A stretch of DNA of 64,000 bases from Octopus sinensis (taxonomy: Eukaryota): assembly GCF_006345805.1 (NCBI RefSeq), contig NC_043020.1, positions 434,001 through 498,000 on the forward strand. Direction: 5' to 3'. Both the position numbers and the translations under genes were made by a program. Within the stretch, counting starts at the first letter, position 1. Every line of letters begins with the position of its first letter. The notes beneath the pieces were generated by a model. It did no database searches, was not told where the DNA came from, and saw only the letters and a list, made by a program, of their open reading frames with translations. Shown here one piece after another: positions 51,757 through 64,000 of this stretch.

Positions 51757-52596
51757 AGACAGTTTATCCTTGAACAGAGGAATTTTTATCTCAGTAAAAC
51801 TGAGAGAGTGAAAAAGGAGAAGGACGTTTGTACTTTATTTTTGTTAAGACACTGTACATTTTTTTTTTTTCATTGAGCCACATTGATTAATATCTGGATC
51901 TAAAAAATGTCTAGGAGATTGGTTGTGAGACCAGGGTGCTGGACTAATGACCTTTTATTGATGCTAGTGGCAGTGGCAGCAGCAGTGGTGGTGGAGGATA
52001 TCATTTCACATATTGCAGCAGGTTGTGTTGTGCTTTTGAAAAAGAGACAACAATGGAAAAAACCAACAAAAAAAAAAAGAAAAAAGAGAAGGAAAAAAAA
52101 ACAAGCAAAAAACTGGTTTCTCTTCTATTTTATGGTCCAGGAAAAGCATCCAACTGTAAAAACAATTTCTCTAATGGAAATGCATGCAAAAAAATGGATG
52201 CTGAACAATAAAGAAAAGAAAATGAATAATAAAACAGTTGATACTATTTTCATACCTTTATGGGATGAGACTTGCTTTCCTACACTCATACATGGCCTTC
52301 GGTTTACAAAAAGAAGATATTTTCCTTAGAATTTATAGTGTTATCTGTTAATTAATATTTAATCAATTTCTCTTGTTTTAGAAGTAATACAGATTTACTT
52401 TAACATTATGGCTTTCTTTAAGTATTATAGCCATCATTGTTATGGCCATGCTGGAGCTCTGCTATAATGGGTTTGGCATTCCTGTATCTGGAATTAGTAT
52501 AGATTTCCTCTCACATTTATGGGTTTCCTTTTTAATGCTATCTCAATGGAAGGGAGACAAGTCTTTGTGCATTCTGTCTGACAACTACAATTTAAC

Positions 52597-53013
52597 GGAT
52601 CTTTTCTGTTTGACCGGCAGTTTGTTAAAATAATTTCCACGCAACTAAACACTTTTAAACTTCGTATACTGGTAGAATCTGTTTATAAAACATCTTTTTC
52701 TCTTGGCTTTATTGAGAAAATTTTATAGTTTGTAAGATATTTTTTGTTTTTTTTTCTTCAATTTCTGCAATTTCAACCAATCAATGATGTCTATTGAGGT
52801 GAAAACATTCTGTGCTGTATGAATATGTCCCTCGTTTAAGAAACAGATTGGGTTTATTTACATTTCTGAAGAAAAAAGATTCCCTTCCCCCCACCCCTAA
52901 CCCTAACCCTAAAACAGATTGAAATGCAATAGATCGATACTAGGCTCATAATTATAGGTGACAATTTCATATGACACCGCTAGAAAAAACTGCCGGTCAA
53001 ACTGAAGAGATCC
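52597..53013. mobile_element. MITE-3 (unclassified), 24-bp TIRs, internal (CCCTAA)3
   Basis: GGATCTTTTCTGTTTGACCGGCAG (52597-52620) versus CTGCCGGTCAAACTGAAGAGATCC (52990-53013), 2 mismatches. Confidence 0.8.
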
Positions 53014-53748
53014 CAAGAAGTGGATGTGGGATTGATGTAATGGGATGTTGCAGGACAAGAACTCACAACTTTTGGTACTAATTCTTCATGATAGTAAGTC
53101 ATTACAACAATATAAATCACTCTCAACACCAAGTCTTTGAAGAAGTCTCTACTCCTATTGCCTTACATGTTAGAAATAGCAACCAAATCTCCATCAAATC
53201 ACTCATAATTGTTCTTGATAGTATGAAGGACGCAATACATAAATAGATTCTTTTCGAGTCATATAGACTCACAGAGCTGATTTCCTGGTTTCTGTGGTGT
53301 ATATACCCCACCTCACAGGATTACTTATTTTTACTAGCTGAGTGGACTGGAGCCATGTGAAATGAAGAACACGATGTGTCACCCAGCCCAGGAATTGAAA
53401 CTGCAATCTGGCAAGCATGAGTCTAGCAACCTAACTACTAAACCACATGCCTCCACTAAATACACTTCTAAAAGAAACAATATGGAACAGTATGGTCTTT
53501 GTGCGAATGTTTAAGGATGTTGAATGAACCACCTATTATTTCCAAAGATGAATTATTCAAACCCTAAAGAATTCCTCTCAACCCATGGCCGTGATGTTCC
53601 CCCACTACTTCTGCTCGTGATCAGAGATGCACATATCGTCAGCCACTAAGGGACATGCTCAACTGGTTAAGGTCAAACAACTGACAAGCAAATCTGTGGT
53701 ATAGAGCAGAATATTTGCTGTAGCCCATCTTTTATACCAACACAAACA

Positions 53749-53790
<42 letters not shown>

Positions 53791-54269
53791 GGAACACCCC
53801 TCCCCCACTACTTTTTACTATTTTTATATCTTATTTATGCATTTTATAGCAAAACAATGAAATGAAATTTGTTTACTTCATTCATGAAAAAGTCATGAGT
53901 TTTCTGGTATGTTTTTACAACTGTGGTTATAAGTATGAACACACCTTTCTTAATGGAATATGTCTATCTGTCTCTCTGAACGTGTATGTGTGTAGTAGGT
54001 ACATAAATAATATAGAGAAGGTGTGCTTAAATTGACATTTGTCTATTTCAGCTTTTAGTTCCAATCTGTAATGCACAACAGGCATTTAATTCAGGCTCTT
54101 TTAGCTACACCTATAGTTATTGTTGTTGTTGTTGTTTCGCCTCAAGTCAGCTCCGATCCAGCCTTGACCATCCCTCTTCTCTTTTAGTATAAACAGAAAT
54201 TATATTACGCAATGTGTCCTTGCTGTCTTTCAAGATGATATTGCATCATCTGAAGGTGATTTCAGTGCT

Positions 54270-54486
54270 AGTTACTCTTTTACTTGTTTCAGTCATTTGA
54301 CTGCGACCATGCTGGAGCACCGCCTTTGGTCGAGCAAATCGCCCCCAGGACTTATTCTTTGTAAGCCCAGTACTTATTCTATCGGTCGCTTTCGCCGAAC
54401 TGCTAAGTGACGGGGACGTAAACACACCAGCATCAGTTTTCAAGCAATGCTAGGGGGACAAACACAGACACATACACATACACACA
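54270..54486 (-). mobile_element. SINE family A, 3' half
   Basis: Stops at the central (CA)n. Confidence 0.8.
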
Positions 54487-54983
54487 CAGTTCTTGTAAGT
54501 TTATCAGCTGTACCGAAGCTGCCTTTATTGGATTGACATTATTATAGCGTGGCTCGTGTTCATGAGGTTGTGGGTTCAATTACTGAACTGGGCGATGTGT
54601 TGTGTTTTTGAGTAAGATGCTTCATTTGATTTCACATTATTCCAGTCTGTTTACCTGAAATGAATATTAGCCAGGTGACTGCAGCTCCCTCGCCTTCCAG
54701 CAACAACATCTTGGATGTCCCACTGGCTCCAAAATAAAAGGTTTGAGATATGTTAAGTCTCAAAATTATCAAAATTATCTGGTACTCAACTAATTCTGAA
54801 ATCTATTGGCCCCTCTTTGAGCCAGGCCACTCTTATGATCAAAATTATTCCAAATGTGACCATTCCATTTGTTTTCCCAAACATTGTATCTGTGTTTGAA
54901 AGTAGTTATTGTACATGTTACCAGGCCATTTCTAGCTTCTTGGTACGTAGTTACCAGGGCTGTGGAGTCAGAGTCAGGAACAA

Positions 54984-55205
54984 TTAACCCTTTTGTGACC
55001 AACCCAGCCAAAACCAGCTCTGTGGTTAAATGTCTTGTTTTCATAAGTTTTGAATTAAAATATTCCACCAAACCTTAGTCGCAATTTACGTTCCCAACAC
55101 TAGCTGAATGATAACTAAGTTATTTTACTAAATTCTTTGTTATATTTTAAATAATTGCAAGAAACTCAGAACATCTCAAAATAAATATGGTAAAGAAAGG
55201 GTTAA
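54984..55205. mobile_element. piggyBac-type MITE-2
   Basis: TTAA|CCCTTT ... AAAGGG|TTAA. Confidence 0.85.
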
Positions 55206-55676
55206 GTGGTAGCTGGAGTCAGTAAAATAAACCACAATCATTTACACCAGTGTCACTTTGATGGCATGTAATGCTCTTTCACTCAATAATAATAATAATG
55301 ATGATGATGATGATGGTTACAAATTTTGGCACAAGGCCAGCAATTTTGAGTAGGAGAGGGGCAAGTTGATTACATTGGCCCTTGTGCTCAACTAGTACTT
55401 ATTTTATTGACCCTGAAAGGGATGAAAAGGGAGTCGGAGTCAGATGTGCCAATAGTAAAGGGGTCAAAGTTGAAGTTTTTGCTTTCAACTTCACAGCCCT
55501 GCATGTTACTAAGCCATCTTGGTACATATTGTTACTGAGCAATCTTGGTATATATTGCAAAGCCTTGCTTGGTCACTAGTATTTTGTATTTTTGTTTTGG
55601 CTGTATTGTATTTTTGCTTCTAAGGCAAAACTGATTGCTATATATATATCTATAATTGCCAATTACCAGAATCTCT

Positions 55677-56004
55677 TTACTCTTTTCTCTTTTACTTGTT
55701 TCAGTCATTTTGACTGCGGCCATGCTGGAGCACTGCCTTTAGTTGAGCAAATTGACCCCGGGATTTATTCTTTGCAAGCCCAGTACTTATTCTATCGGTC
55801 TCTTTTGCTGAACCGCTAAGTAACGGGGACTTAAACACACCAGCATCGGTTGTCAAGCAATGCTAGCGGGACAAACACAGACACACAAACATATACACAC
55901 ACATACACCCTCCTTCTTCCCTTCTTTCCTGAGCGTCCAATAATACTTTATTTGTTCCACGTCCTCGCGTTGCTGTGTTTTCTTTTGTGTTTTCTTGTTT
56001 GGAT

Positions 56005-56042
<38 letters not shown>

Positions 56043-56193
56043 TACGACAAGCTTCTTTCAGTTTCCGTCTACCAAATCCACTCACAAGGCATTGGTCGGC
56101 CCGGGGCTATAGCAGAAGACACTTGCCCAAGATGCCATGCAGTGGGACTGAACCCAGAACCATGTGGTTGGTTACCACACAGTCACTCCTGCA
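55677..56193 (-). mobile_element. SINE family A with a 100-bp insert (about 55908-56008) in its central microsatellite
   Basis: The insert shares TTCCTGAGCGT...AATAC with the 3196-3335 element and ends in (TA)n. Confidence 0.8.
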
Positions 56194-56827
56194 CCTAAAA
56201 ATTGTTTAAAAATAGGTTGCTCTAAAGTAGAGAGCAATGCCCATATGTGTTAGAAAGATCGATTGATCTCTTCCATCCTTGTCAAGGGGAGTGCTAACCG
56301 TCCCTCCTTTTTTGCAACAATCCCAATAACTAATGTAGTCTTTGAGTAGACGAAAGTAAATTTTGTAGTAATCAAAGAAAAAGAGAAATATTGATAGAAT
56401 TTATTGTTACTAATAAGTCTCGGGAGAGCCATGAATGTCACACCTTCTCATTTCTTCCATTCCTCCCTCAGCTATCAACCTGCAATAAACTCTATGTGGA
56501 AACCCTGTGTTGAGAAACTTCTTTGGATCAGGGAGAACGGCTGCAACGGTGGCTTACTTTTATTTACTTACGATGAAAGTATTTCAGCATTGTAAATGTG
56601 GAAAAATAACGTGTTGAATGTGTGAAACTGTTTATAACACCATTAAAAGATAACAAATATGGTCTGACACAGGAGATTATTTTCAAGAAAAGCTGATGTT
56701 TTGCTACATTAGAAGGAGATATCTGACAGGCTGTGGGTATTTTTAAATTTGACTTTTAAACCAACACTCTCCTTTTTTCTTTCATTTTATTTTCCTACCT
56801 CTCTCTCAATCTCTCTCTACCTCTAAC

Positions 56828-56845
56828 TGTGTGTATATATATATA

Positions 56846-56893
<48 letters not shown>

Positions 56894-56894
56894 G

Positions 56895-56936
<42 letters not shown>

Positions 56937-56941
56937 ATATA

Positions 56942-56972
<31 letters not shown>

Positions 56973-57138
56973 GTTATATATATATATATTATATATATAT
57001 ACATATATATATATGTACATATATATGTACATATATATGTATATATGTATGTATATGGTATGTATATATGTATATATATATGTATATATATATATGTATG
57101 TATATATGTATATGTTACATTACTCAAATGTGTGTATA

Positions 57139-57188
<50 letters not shown>
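56828..57188. repeat. (TA)n/(TATG)n microsatellite
   Basis: Direct inspection. Confidence 0.95.
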
Positions 57189-57189
<1 letters not shown>

Positions 57190-57471
57190 TTGTGTCTTGC
57201 TCTCTTCTTACTTCCTATTCTGTTGCTAAAATGGAAAAGCTTCCAGATAGAATGTGAAACAAATGTATTTTCCAATCTGTAAATTTCCAAGTATAGCAAA
57301 CGCGGTAAGATGGCACATGGTTAGTGACCTAGAGGACTTGAAACTAGTATATCCATCAATAACTGTATTGGTGTCATTACCAATGAACGCAGCCATATCA
57401 AACAATTAGCCTGGAAAAAGTTTCCAGCCAGTTATTCGAGATTCTTGCCAGGAAATTCTAGACTGCAGTCC

Positions 57472-57522
57472 TTCTTCTAATTCGTCTTCTTCTTCTTCTA
57501 ATTCTTCTCCTACTACTACCAC

Positions 57523-57554
<32 letters not shown>

Positions 57555-57718
57555 CTTCTTCTTCTTCTTCTTCTTCTTCTCCTTCTCCTTCTTCTTCTCC
57601 TTCTTCTTCTTCTTCTTCTAATTCTTCTTCTTCACCTCCTCCTCCCCCTCTTCTCCGTCTTCTCCTCCTCTTCCTCCTCCTTCACATCCTCCTCCCTCCT
57701 CCCCCTCCCCCTCCTCCA
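57472..57718. repeat. (TTC)n grading into (CTC)n trinucleotide tract
   Basis: Direct inspection. Confidence 0.95.
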
Positions 57719-58066
57719 GTGCGGTGTGTAATAATAGTCCTTGGCTCCAGGATAGTGCTATTTCCACTGTAATTGTCATCGGCTTCAACTTCATTCGCAT
57801 TGTCATCAATATTATCGTCATCACCATCCATCCATCCTCAACATTCTGGTTGTTGTCTCCTTTCTCATCACCGTCATCATCATCACCATAGCGGCAAGAG
57901 TAGTAATCATCATGGGCGTAGTTGTCATCAAGTGACAGCGGCTTTCACCCCCACCCCCCATCATTGATTTTATTAGCAATCTTCATCACCACTCTCATCA
58001 TCATTGTCTTTGTCAGCAGTCTTTTTCATCACTATCACCACCGTCATTGTCATCATCAGCAGCAGT

Positions 58067-58600
58067 GGAGGCTCAATGGCCCAGTGGTTAGGGCAGCGGA
58101 CCTGCAGTCAGAGTATCGCGGTTTCGATTCGCAGATCGGGTGTTGTGTGTGTTTATTGAGCGAAAACACCTAAAGCTCCACGAGGCTCCGGCAAAGGGTG
58201 GTGGCGACCCCTGTTGTACTCTTTCGCCCTAACATTCTCTCACTCTTTCTTCCTATTTCTTGTCCCCAACTTCCTACACAACCGCTGAGCCTGGATGTGC
58301 ATTCATCCATCTGTCGATGCTCTCGGTGTCAGGGGTTGACCTGCTTTCTCTTCTGTGTGTCTTACGAATAGCAACGGACCACGTTTCGGACTTCTCCCAC
58401 CTCAGCTCTGGGATGAAGACCATTTGCTCGCTCAGCAGCAGCAGCCATTCAAGAATTTGGACTGGGAGATCTCCATTTCCAGCGACTTCGAGGGCCACCT
58501 CCCAGTGGTGTCGGGCATCAACAAAGAGCCCTCGACTACAACAAGACGACCAAAGTTTTTTTTTTTTTCCCAAAGTCTGGGGTCTCCCACCTTAAGCCCT
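58067..58600 (+). mobile_element. SINE family D head module with tail type 3 (GC-rich, about 330 bp)
   Basis: 58067-58260 is collinear with 6982-7165; the downstream body is unrelated to the other tails. Confidence 0.65.
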
Positions 58601-58874
58601 AGACCATCACCTAATCACCCTTACCTGTCTTGTTGATTAACAACAACAACAGCAGCGATCTTCTACATCATTATCACTGTCATCATCTTCAATCACAGCA
58701 CCAGCTGAGTGGTGGATTTAATGCAGATTGACAGGTGAACTCAAAAGCATTAGCTATAATATTTCTTTGGGTACCTCAAGTTTCCAATATCCTCTAAGGT
58801 GGGGCAGGCTGGCCATTTGCAAATAATCAATCTTGGAGAGTTAATAATATATATATGTGTGTGTGTGTGTGTGT

Positions 58875-59192
58875 GGAGGCGCAATGGCCCAGTGGTTAGG
58901 GCAGCAGACTCATGGTCATAGGATCACGGTTTCGATTCCCAGTCCGGGCGTTGTGAGTGTTTATTGAGCGAAAACACCTAAAGCTCCACGAGGCTCCAGC
59001 AGGGGGGTGGGGTGGCGATGTGATCCCTGCTGTACTCTTTCACCACAACTTTCTCTCATTCTTTCTTCTGTTGGCCTGCTCGCTTTCAGCCAGCAGGTTG
59101 GCATCATTTGAAGGCTAAAAAACAATGCGAAGTGCATTGTGACCAGCGATGTGTAGCAACATCTGATAGCCTGGTCGGTCACGGTGATCACA
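58875..59192 (+). mobile_element. SINE family D, tail type 4
   Basis: Same head module; different 3' body ending GGTCGGTCACGGTGATCAC before (TA)n. Confidence 0.7.
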
Positions 59193-59299
59193 GTGATATA
59201 TATATATATGTATATATACCCTTATAAATGCTGTTGACAATATCACCTTGTCACCTTCATATATAATTGGAGCCTATGTTTAAAGTGTAACGAAATGCT

Positions 59300-59304
59300 G
59301 ATGT

Positions 59305-59342
<38 letters not shown>

Positions 59343-59405
59343 CTAGTGATGATGATGATGATGATGATGCTAGTGATGATGATGATGATGATGATTTCGA
59401 TCATA
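59300..59405. repeat. (GAT)n microsatellite; (GTT)n tracts follow at about 59800-59965
   Basis: Direct inspection. Confidence 0.95.
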
Positions 59406-60311
59406 ATGATCACCACGTCCTCCATTATCTTCACCGCCATTGTCATTATCATTATTATGAAAAATTAGGAACTTTGTGAAACATACAAGTTGTTGTTCTT
59501 CCAATGATTTCTATGTTCTCGTATATCAAGATAATTGCAGTACGATTGTTATAATACAGTGGGGGAGTGTGCGTGTGTGTCTGTGTATGTGCATGCTCGT
59601 ACACACGCATGCACGTGCAACATATACGGAGTTGTGCGAGAAGCAGGGGGTGGAGAGCCAACATAAATTTCAACTTTATAAATGCTTGCTGATTACAGAG
59701 AAATTTGTCGTGGTTATTGTAGCAATTTGGGTGGAAACAACATACAGGTCAATGAATAATAACAGTGGTGTGTTCAGCGGTAACTATTATAGTGCTACTA
59801 CTATTGCTGTTGTTATTGTTGTTGTTGTTGCTATGATTATTATTATTGTTGTTGTTGTTTCTGTTGTTGCTTCTTAGAATATCATTGATTTAATTTCTGC
59901 AATTTGGTAGTTGTTGTTGTCATTGCTGTTGTTGTTGTTGCTGTTGTTGTTGTTGTTGTTGTGTGGTTGTTCGCTTTCGATGAATGTTTAATGAAAACAT
60001 GAGCTTATTATTTTGATGGCTGTTGTTCAGTTTAGTGAAATTATAGCAAATTCATTCAAAAATTTGATAAAAAAAACAAAAAAACAAACAAAAAAAAAAG
60101 AAGCAAGAAAAAGGAAAAAAGAATCGAGAAAGTTTATTTATTCCAAAGCAGAAATGTGAGCCCAATCTTTTAGCTGCAGCAAACAATACAATATTGGTTT
60201 TGTTTGTATGCATGTGTGTATGTATGTATCCATGCACGTACATGCATATGCACATATGTAAATATTTACGTGTGTGTAAATATTTCTGTGTGTGCAAGTA
60301 TATATATATAT

Positions 60312-60359
<48 letters not shown>

Positions 60360-60384
60360 GATATATATATATATATATATATGT

Positions 60385-60739
60385 ATATATTGATAGAAAT
60401 TGTAAGACAACAAAAGAATGAAGGAGACCTCGATATTATGTAAATAAAGAAATTTATCTGTAAATGTAATATGTGATAATTATTCGGTAGCCACGATAAA
60501 ACTCCGAGTTTCGGATGCCGAGGTGGAAATCCACACCACCATCTCATCAGTTTTCCGGCCATTGGAAAAATGCTATGAAAAATGACCATTATGCAAAGAG
60601 AAATAACGGCCATTTTTCATATCATTTTTCCGATGGCCGGAAAACTGATGAGATGGTGGTGTGGATTTCCACCTCGGCATCCAAAACTTGGAGTTTTATC
60701 TTGGCTACCAAATAATTGTCACATATTACATTTACAGAT
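60385..60739. mobile_element. (TA)n-flanked element ending in a long palindrome (arms 60456-60584 and 60611-60739); Penelope-like inverted terminal repeat, inferred
   Basis: The arms are near-perfect reverse complements around a 26-nt spacer; related copy at 47728. Confidence 0.8.
60485..60565 (-). ncRNA. Candidate minimal type I hammerhead ribozyme
   Basis: The - strand reads CCAATGGCCGGAAAA-CTGATGA-GATG..stem II..CATCC-GAAA-CT-CGG-AG-TT/TTATCGTGGCTACCG. It has both core boxes, a 3-bp stem III, a GUU site and an imperfect stem I of about 14 bp. Folded by eye only. Confidence 0.55.
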
Positions 60740-61082
60740 ATATATATATATATATGTAGGTACAGACATGACTGTGTAGTTAAGAAGTTCACTTTGCACC
60801 CATGTAGTTTCAGGTTCAATGCCTCAAACTTCTACTTTAGTCCTGGTCTGGTTAGTGCCTTGTGAGTGAATTTGGTTGACCGAAGCTGTTTTGATGTGTT
60901 TTGTCTTTGTTTGGTTGATAAAATGAGTTCTTATATGCTGGTTTCGAAGCATTTGATGATGTCCCTCTTTACAAATGTGTACAAATGTACCAAAACAGCA
61001 GCGTTGTTTTCATGTACCGGTTGCCAGAGGAAAGTGCCAGTACACACTGTTTAGTGGTTGGCATTAGAAACTATGCTGACAT

Positions 61083-61315
61083 AAGGCAGCGAGCTAGCAG
61101 AACTGTTAGCATGCCGAGCGAAATGCTTAGCGGTATTTTGTCTGCCGCTATGTGCTGAGTTCAAATTCCACCAAGGTTGACTTTGCCTTTCATTCTTTCG
61201 GGGTCGATTAAATAAGTACCAGTTACGCACTGTCGTCGATATAATCAACTTAATCCGTTTGTCTGTCCTTGTTTGTCCCCTCTTTGTGTAACCCCTTGTG
61301 GGCAGTAAAGAAATA
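61083..61315 (+). mobile_element. SINE family C nested in a family-B remnant
   Basis: 17-bp TSD AGAAACTATGCTGACAT (61066-61082, 61316-61332). Confidence 0.85.
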
Positions 61316-61913
61316 AGAAACTATGCTGACATGGGAGCTTGATGCACCTCTGTGGATCGTCAGGTCCTGTCAAATCATCCAACCCATGCCAGCATGGAAA
61401 GGAGATGTTAAACCTTGATGATGATATAACAAATCATCCTCATTATTTGTATTATTATTATTTTCATTATATTATTTTGTAAGGCGGTTAATTGGCAAAA
61501 TTATTAGCATACCAGACAAAAATACTCGGTGGTATTTCATCTGTCTTTACATTCTGAGTTCAGATTTTGCTGAGGTCATCTTTGCCTTTCATTCTTTTGA
61601 GGTCGACAAAATAAGTACAGTCAAGCACTGGGGTTGACATAATCAACTTCCCCTCCCCTCAAAATCTGCTGCCCTGTGCCAAAATTTGAAACCATTATTT
61701 TCATTGCATTTTAGTATTACCATACACTAAGTGCCTTAAAGTAGATGCAGTTTTATTTTTTTTATTTTTATTTATTTTTATTTTTTTTGTGTGGCCCGAG
61801 TCATACAGGCAATATTTCACTTCACTAATATTATTAATGCTTCTTCCATTCCTGAAATAAAAATATTATAAGAAGCCTCACTCCGCCCACCTCCAACTCT
61901 TTTACATTCTCAG

Positions 61914-61963
61914 ACTATATATTCCCATGTGAGAGAAATCGGTGGGAATCCATAAGACCAAAG
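61914..61963 (+). CDS. Candidate 50-nt exon (phase 1-0), xYIFPCERNRWESIRPK
   Basis: Acceptor ccaactcttttacattctcag, donor AAG|gtcagc; only one open frame. Confidence 0.25.
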
Positions 61964-62049
61964 GTCAGCTGTATTTCCATATATTGTTCAACATCAGCTT
62001 ACTAACCACTGTAGGGACCTTTCGCTTACCATCATCTAATGTCTTCTTT

Positions 62050-62080
<31 letters not shown>

Positions 62081-63723
62081 GAAAAAGTTATTTTTGTGCT
62101 ATAGTGTAGTGTTGTTGGTGGGTAAGGACTATAACTCTGACTTTCTTAATTCTGCTTCCTCACCCATCTTTTTCTCTCTTTTTTTTTTTTTTTGGTTTTC
62201 TGAAATTAATATTCTATTCAAATGAGTTCTTTGATAATTCTCTGAACGACAATGCATTAGCCTGAGGTCTTGGGCATTTAGAATTGAATTAAACTTTAAA
62301 AACCTAATGGAGATAATGTCAAAAAGCTACGTACAGGACTGGACTTCTAAATTTCTAATTCAATGCCGAAACTTATATTTATATAAACTATTCATATAAT
62401 ATACTCAAATTGTATATTGCACATACAGGCTAATTGTTAGATGAATGGCCAGCAACAGAACAGACATAGAAAGCGCAACAGTAGAAGACTGTGTGTGTGT
62501 GGGCATTAAATATAGAACCATAGAGAGTAAGAAAGTAGGAGTGCAAAGGAGTAAAAGAAAGCGCTCATGATAAAGAGAGAGATATTGCAGGGGGGTAGAA
62601 AATAGAGAGAGAGAGTAGAGAGAGAGGTGGTGTGAGTGGATGAGAAAGAATGGGAAAAATTACATGAGAAATAGATTTTGCATTGAAATCTTGCATGATA
62701 AAATGGCTGAAAATATAGTTATTATTTCCAGTATTTTTAAAGAACAGTAGCCTTTGCTCTGGTACAAGACAAGGTCAGTGCTGTATTCAACGTTTCCTTC
62801 GCACTGTGGTTTTGCCACAAACAGTCTAATATATCAACTTTGCGGAGATACAATAAAAATAACAACAACAACAACAACAACAATAATAATGACGGTAACA
62901 ATAACAACAATAATAATATTGGCAATAATGATTTCTAACTTTGGCACAAAGCCATGGAATTTTGTTGAGGGTATAGGATAGAAAATTTAATGGACTTCTT
63001 CCTGGTAATTGACTGGTATGTATATATATATATATATTTATATTTATATTTTATCTGGCCCCACAAAGATAGAAAATAAAATAATGAAATAGGATAAGGG
63101 AGCCATACTGATTCTGGTGTCCAGTTACAATAATAAAATTTTTAAGTGCAAACGTGGCTATTTGGTTAAGAAGATTGTTTTGGAGCCATATGGGTTTAGG
63201 TTCAGTCCCACTGCACAACACCTTGGGCAAATGTATTTTAGGATAGCCCCTGGCCAACCAATACTTTGTGAGTGAATATGGTATCTTGAGGCTTGTGAAA
63301 GACTATCGTGTGTGTGTGTGTGTGTGTGTCTTTACATTTGTCCTTCCACTCCTTGGCAACCAGTATTTGTACATCTACCTTGTAACTTAGCAGTTCAACA
63401 AAAGAGATCAAAATAATAAGTACTAAAGTTCAAAATGAAAAAAAAAAAAGGGATAACTACTGGGGTCAGTTTGTTTGACAAAATCCTTCTGGACAGAGCC
63501 CCTGTGTGGCTGCAGTCCAATGACTGGAATAAGTTAAAGTTAAAAGAAAGAAGGTAGTGTCTGCAGAAAATAACATTGCAAATGTTTGGACGACAGTTCG
63601 GTCATTTTATGTCAACCCTAGACATAACTGGTACTTATTTTGTTGCCTGTGGAAGAATGAAAAGTGAAGTTGACATTGGAGGGATTTTTAACTTGCTGTG
63701 GTGTATGTAACCAATATAAGGTA

Positions 63724-64000
63724 TTTTGGCTGTGTGGGTAAGAAGCTTGCTTCCCAACCATGTGGTCTTGGTTTCAGTCCCACTGCGCAGCACCTGTCTT
63801 CTACTATAGGTCTGGACTGACCGGGGCCTTGTGAATGGATTTTGTACACAGAAACTCTGTGTGTGTCCTCCATTGATTGAGAACCAGTGTTTGTTAATGT
63901 CCCCATAACTTAGTGGTTCAGCAAAAAGAGGCCAAAAGAATAAGGACCAGACTTTAAAAATGAATAAGAGAGTCGGTATTCGATTTATTTGACTAACCAC
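63724..64000 (+). mobile_element. SINE family A, diverged, runs off the window (another diverged copy at about 63150-63545)
   Basis: TGGCTGTGTGGGTAAGAAGCTTGCTTCCCAACCATGTGG head. Confidence 0.7.

Noticed and set aside
52421-52494. Hydrophobic exon-like frame IIAIIVMAMLELCYNG
   Set aside because: Contains the SINE-A tail motif TGGCCATGCTGGAGC, so it is a repeat remnant.
53560-53745. Sequence that resembles an interspersed repeat I recall from octopus DNA
   Set aside because: Single copy in this window with no TSD, TIR or promoter boxes; cannot be supported from the sequence.
58260-58595. 111-aa (+) and 99-aa (-) ORFs as genes
   Set aside because: They lie inside a SINE-associated body with no recognisable domain; kept only as a sequence-capture question.

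Overview
AT-rich, repeat-saturated eukaryotic DNA with no recognisable protein-coding gene, rRNA, genuine tRNA or CRISPR array. The SINE/MITE families and the microsatellite load resemble what I recall of octopod cephalopod (Octopus-like) genomes; this is inference, not a database match. The window looks like large introns or intergenic DNA. It holds at least five tRNA-headed SINE families (called A, C, D, E, F here), two non-autonomous retroposon families with (GAT)n tails (B, G), piggyBac-type MITEs (TTAA|CCCTTT), an unclassified MITE, Helitron-like ends, a decayed mariner transposase (27.2-28.0 kb), a 5'-truncated Tx1/L1-type LINE (32.9-34.0 kb), a CR1-type 3' end, and very long compound (TA/TG/CA)n tracts. 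Those tracts explain most long ORFs in the supplied track. Several short GT-AG exon candidates link in frame on the + strand but match no protein I recognise, so confidence in them is low. The best lead is a roughly 130-bp-arm palindrome at 60.46-60.74 kb. Each arm carries a type I hammerhead-ribozyme-like fold, intact on the - strand and core-mutated on the + strand. A sibling copy at 47.7 kb lacks exactly 150 bp of the hairpin centre, with a 4-bp microhomology at the junction. Repeat boundaries are hand-read and approximate unless a target-site duplication (TSD) or terminal inverted repeat (TIR) is quoted.
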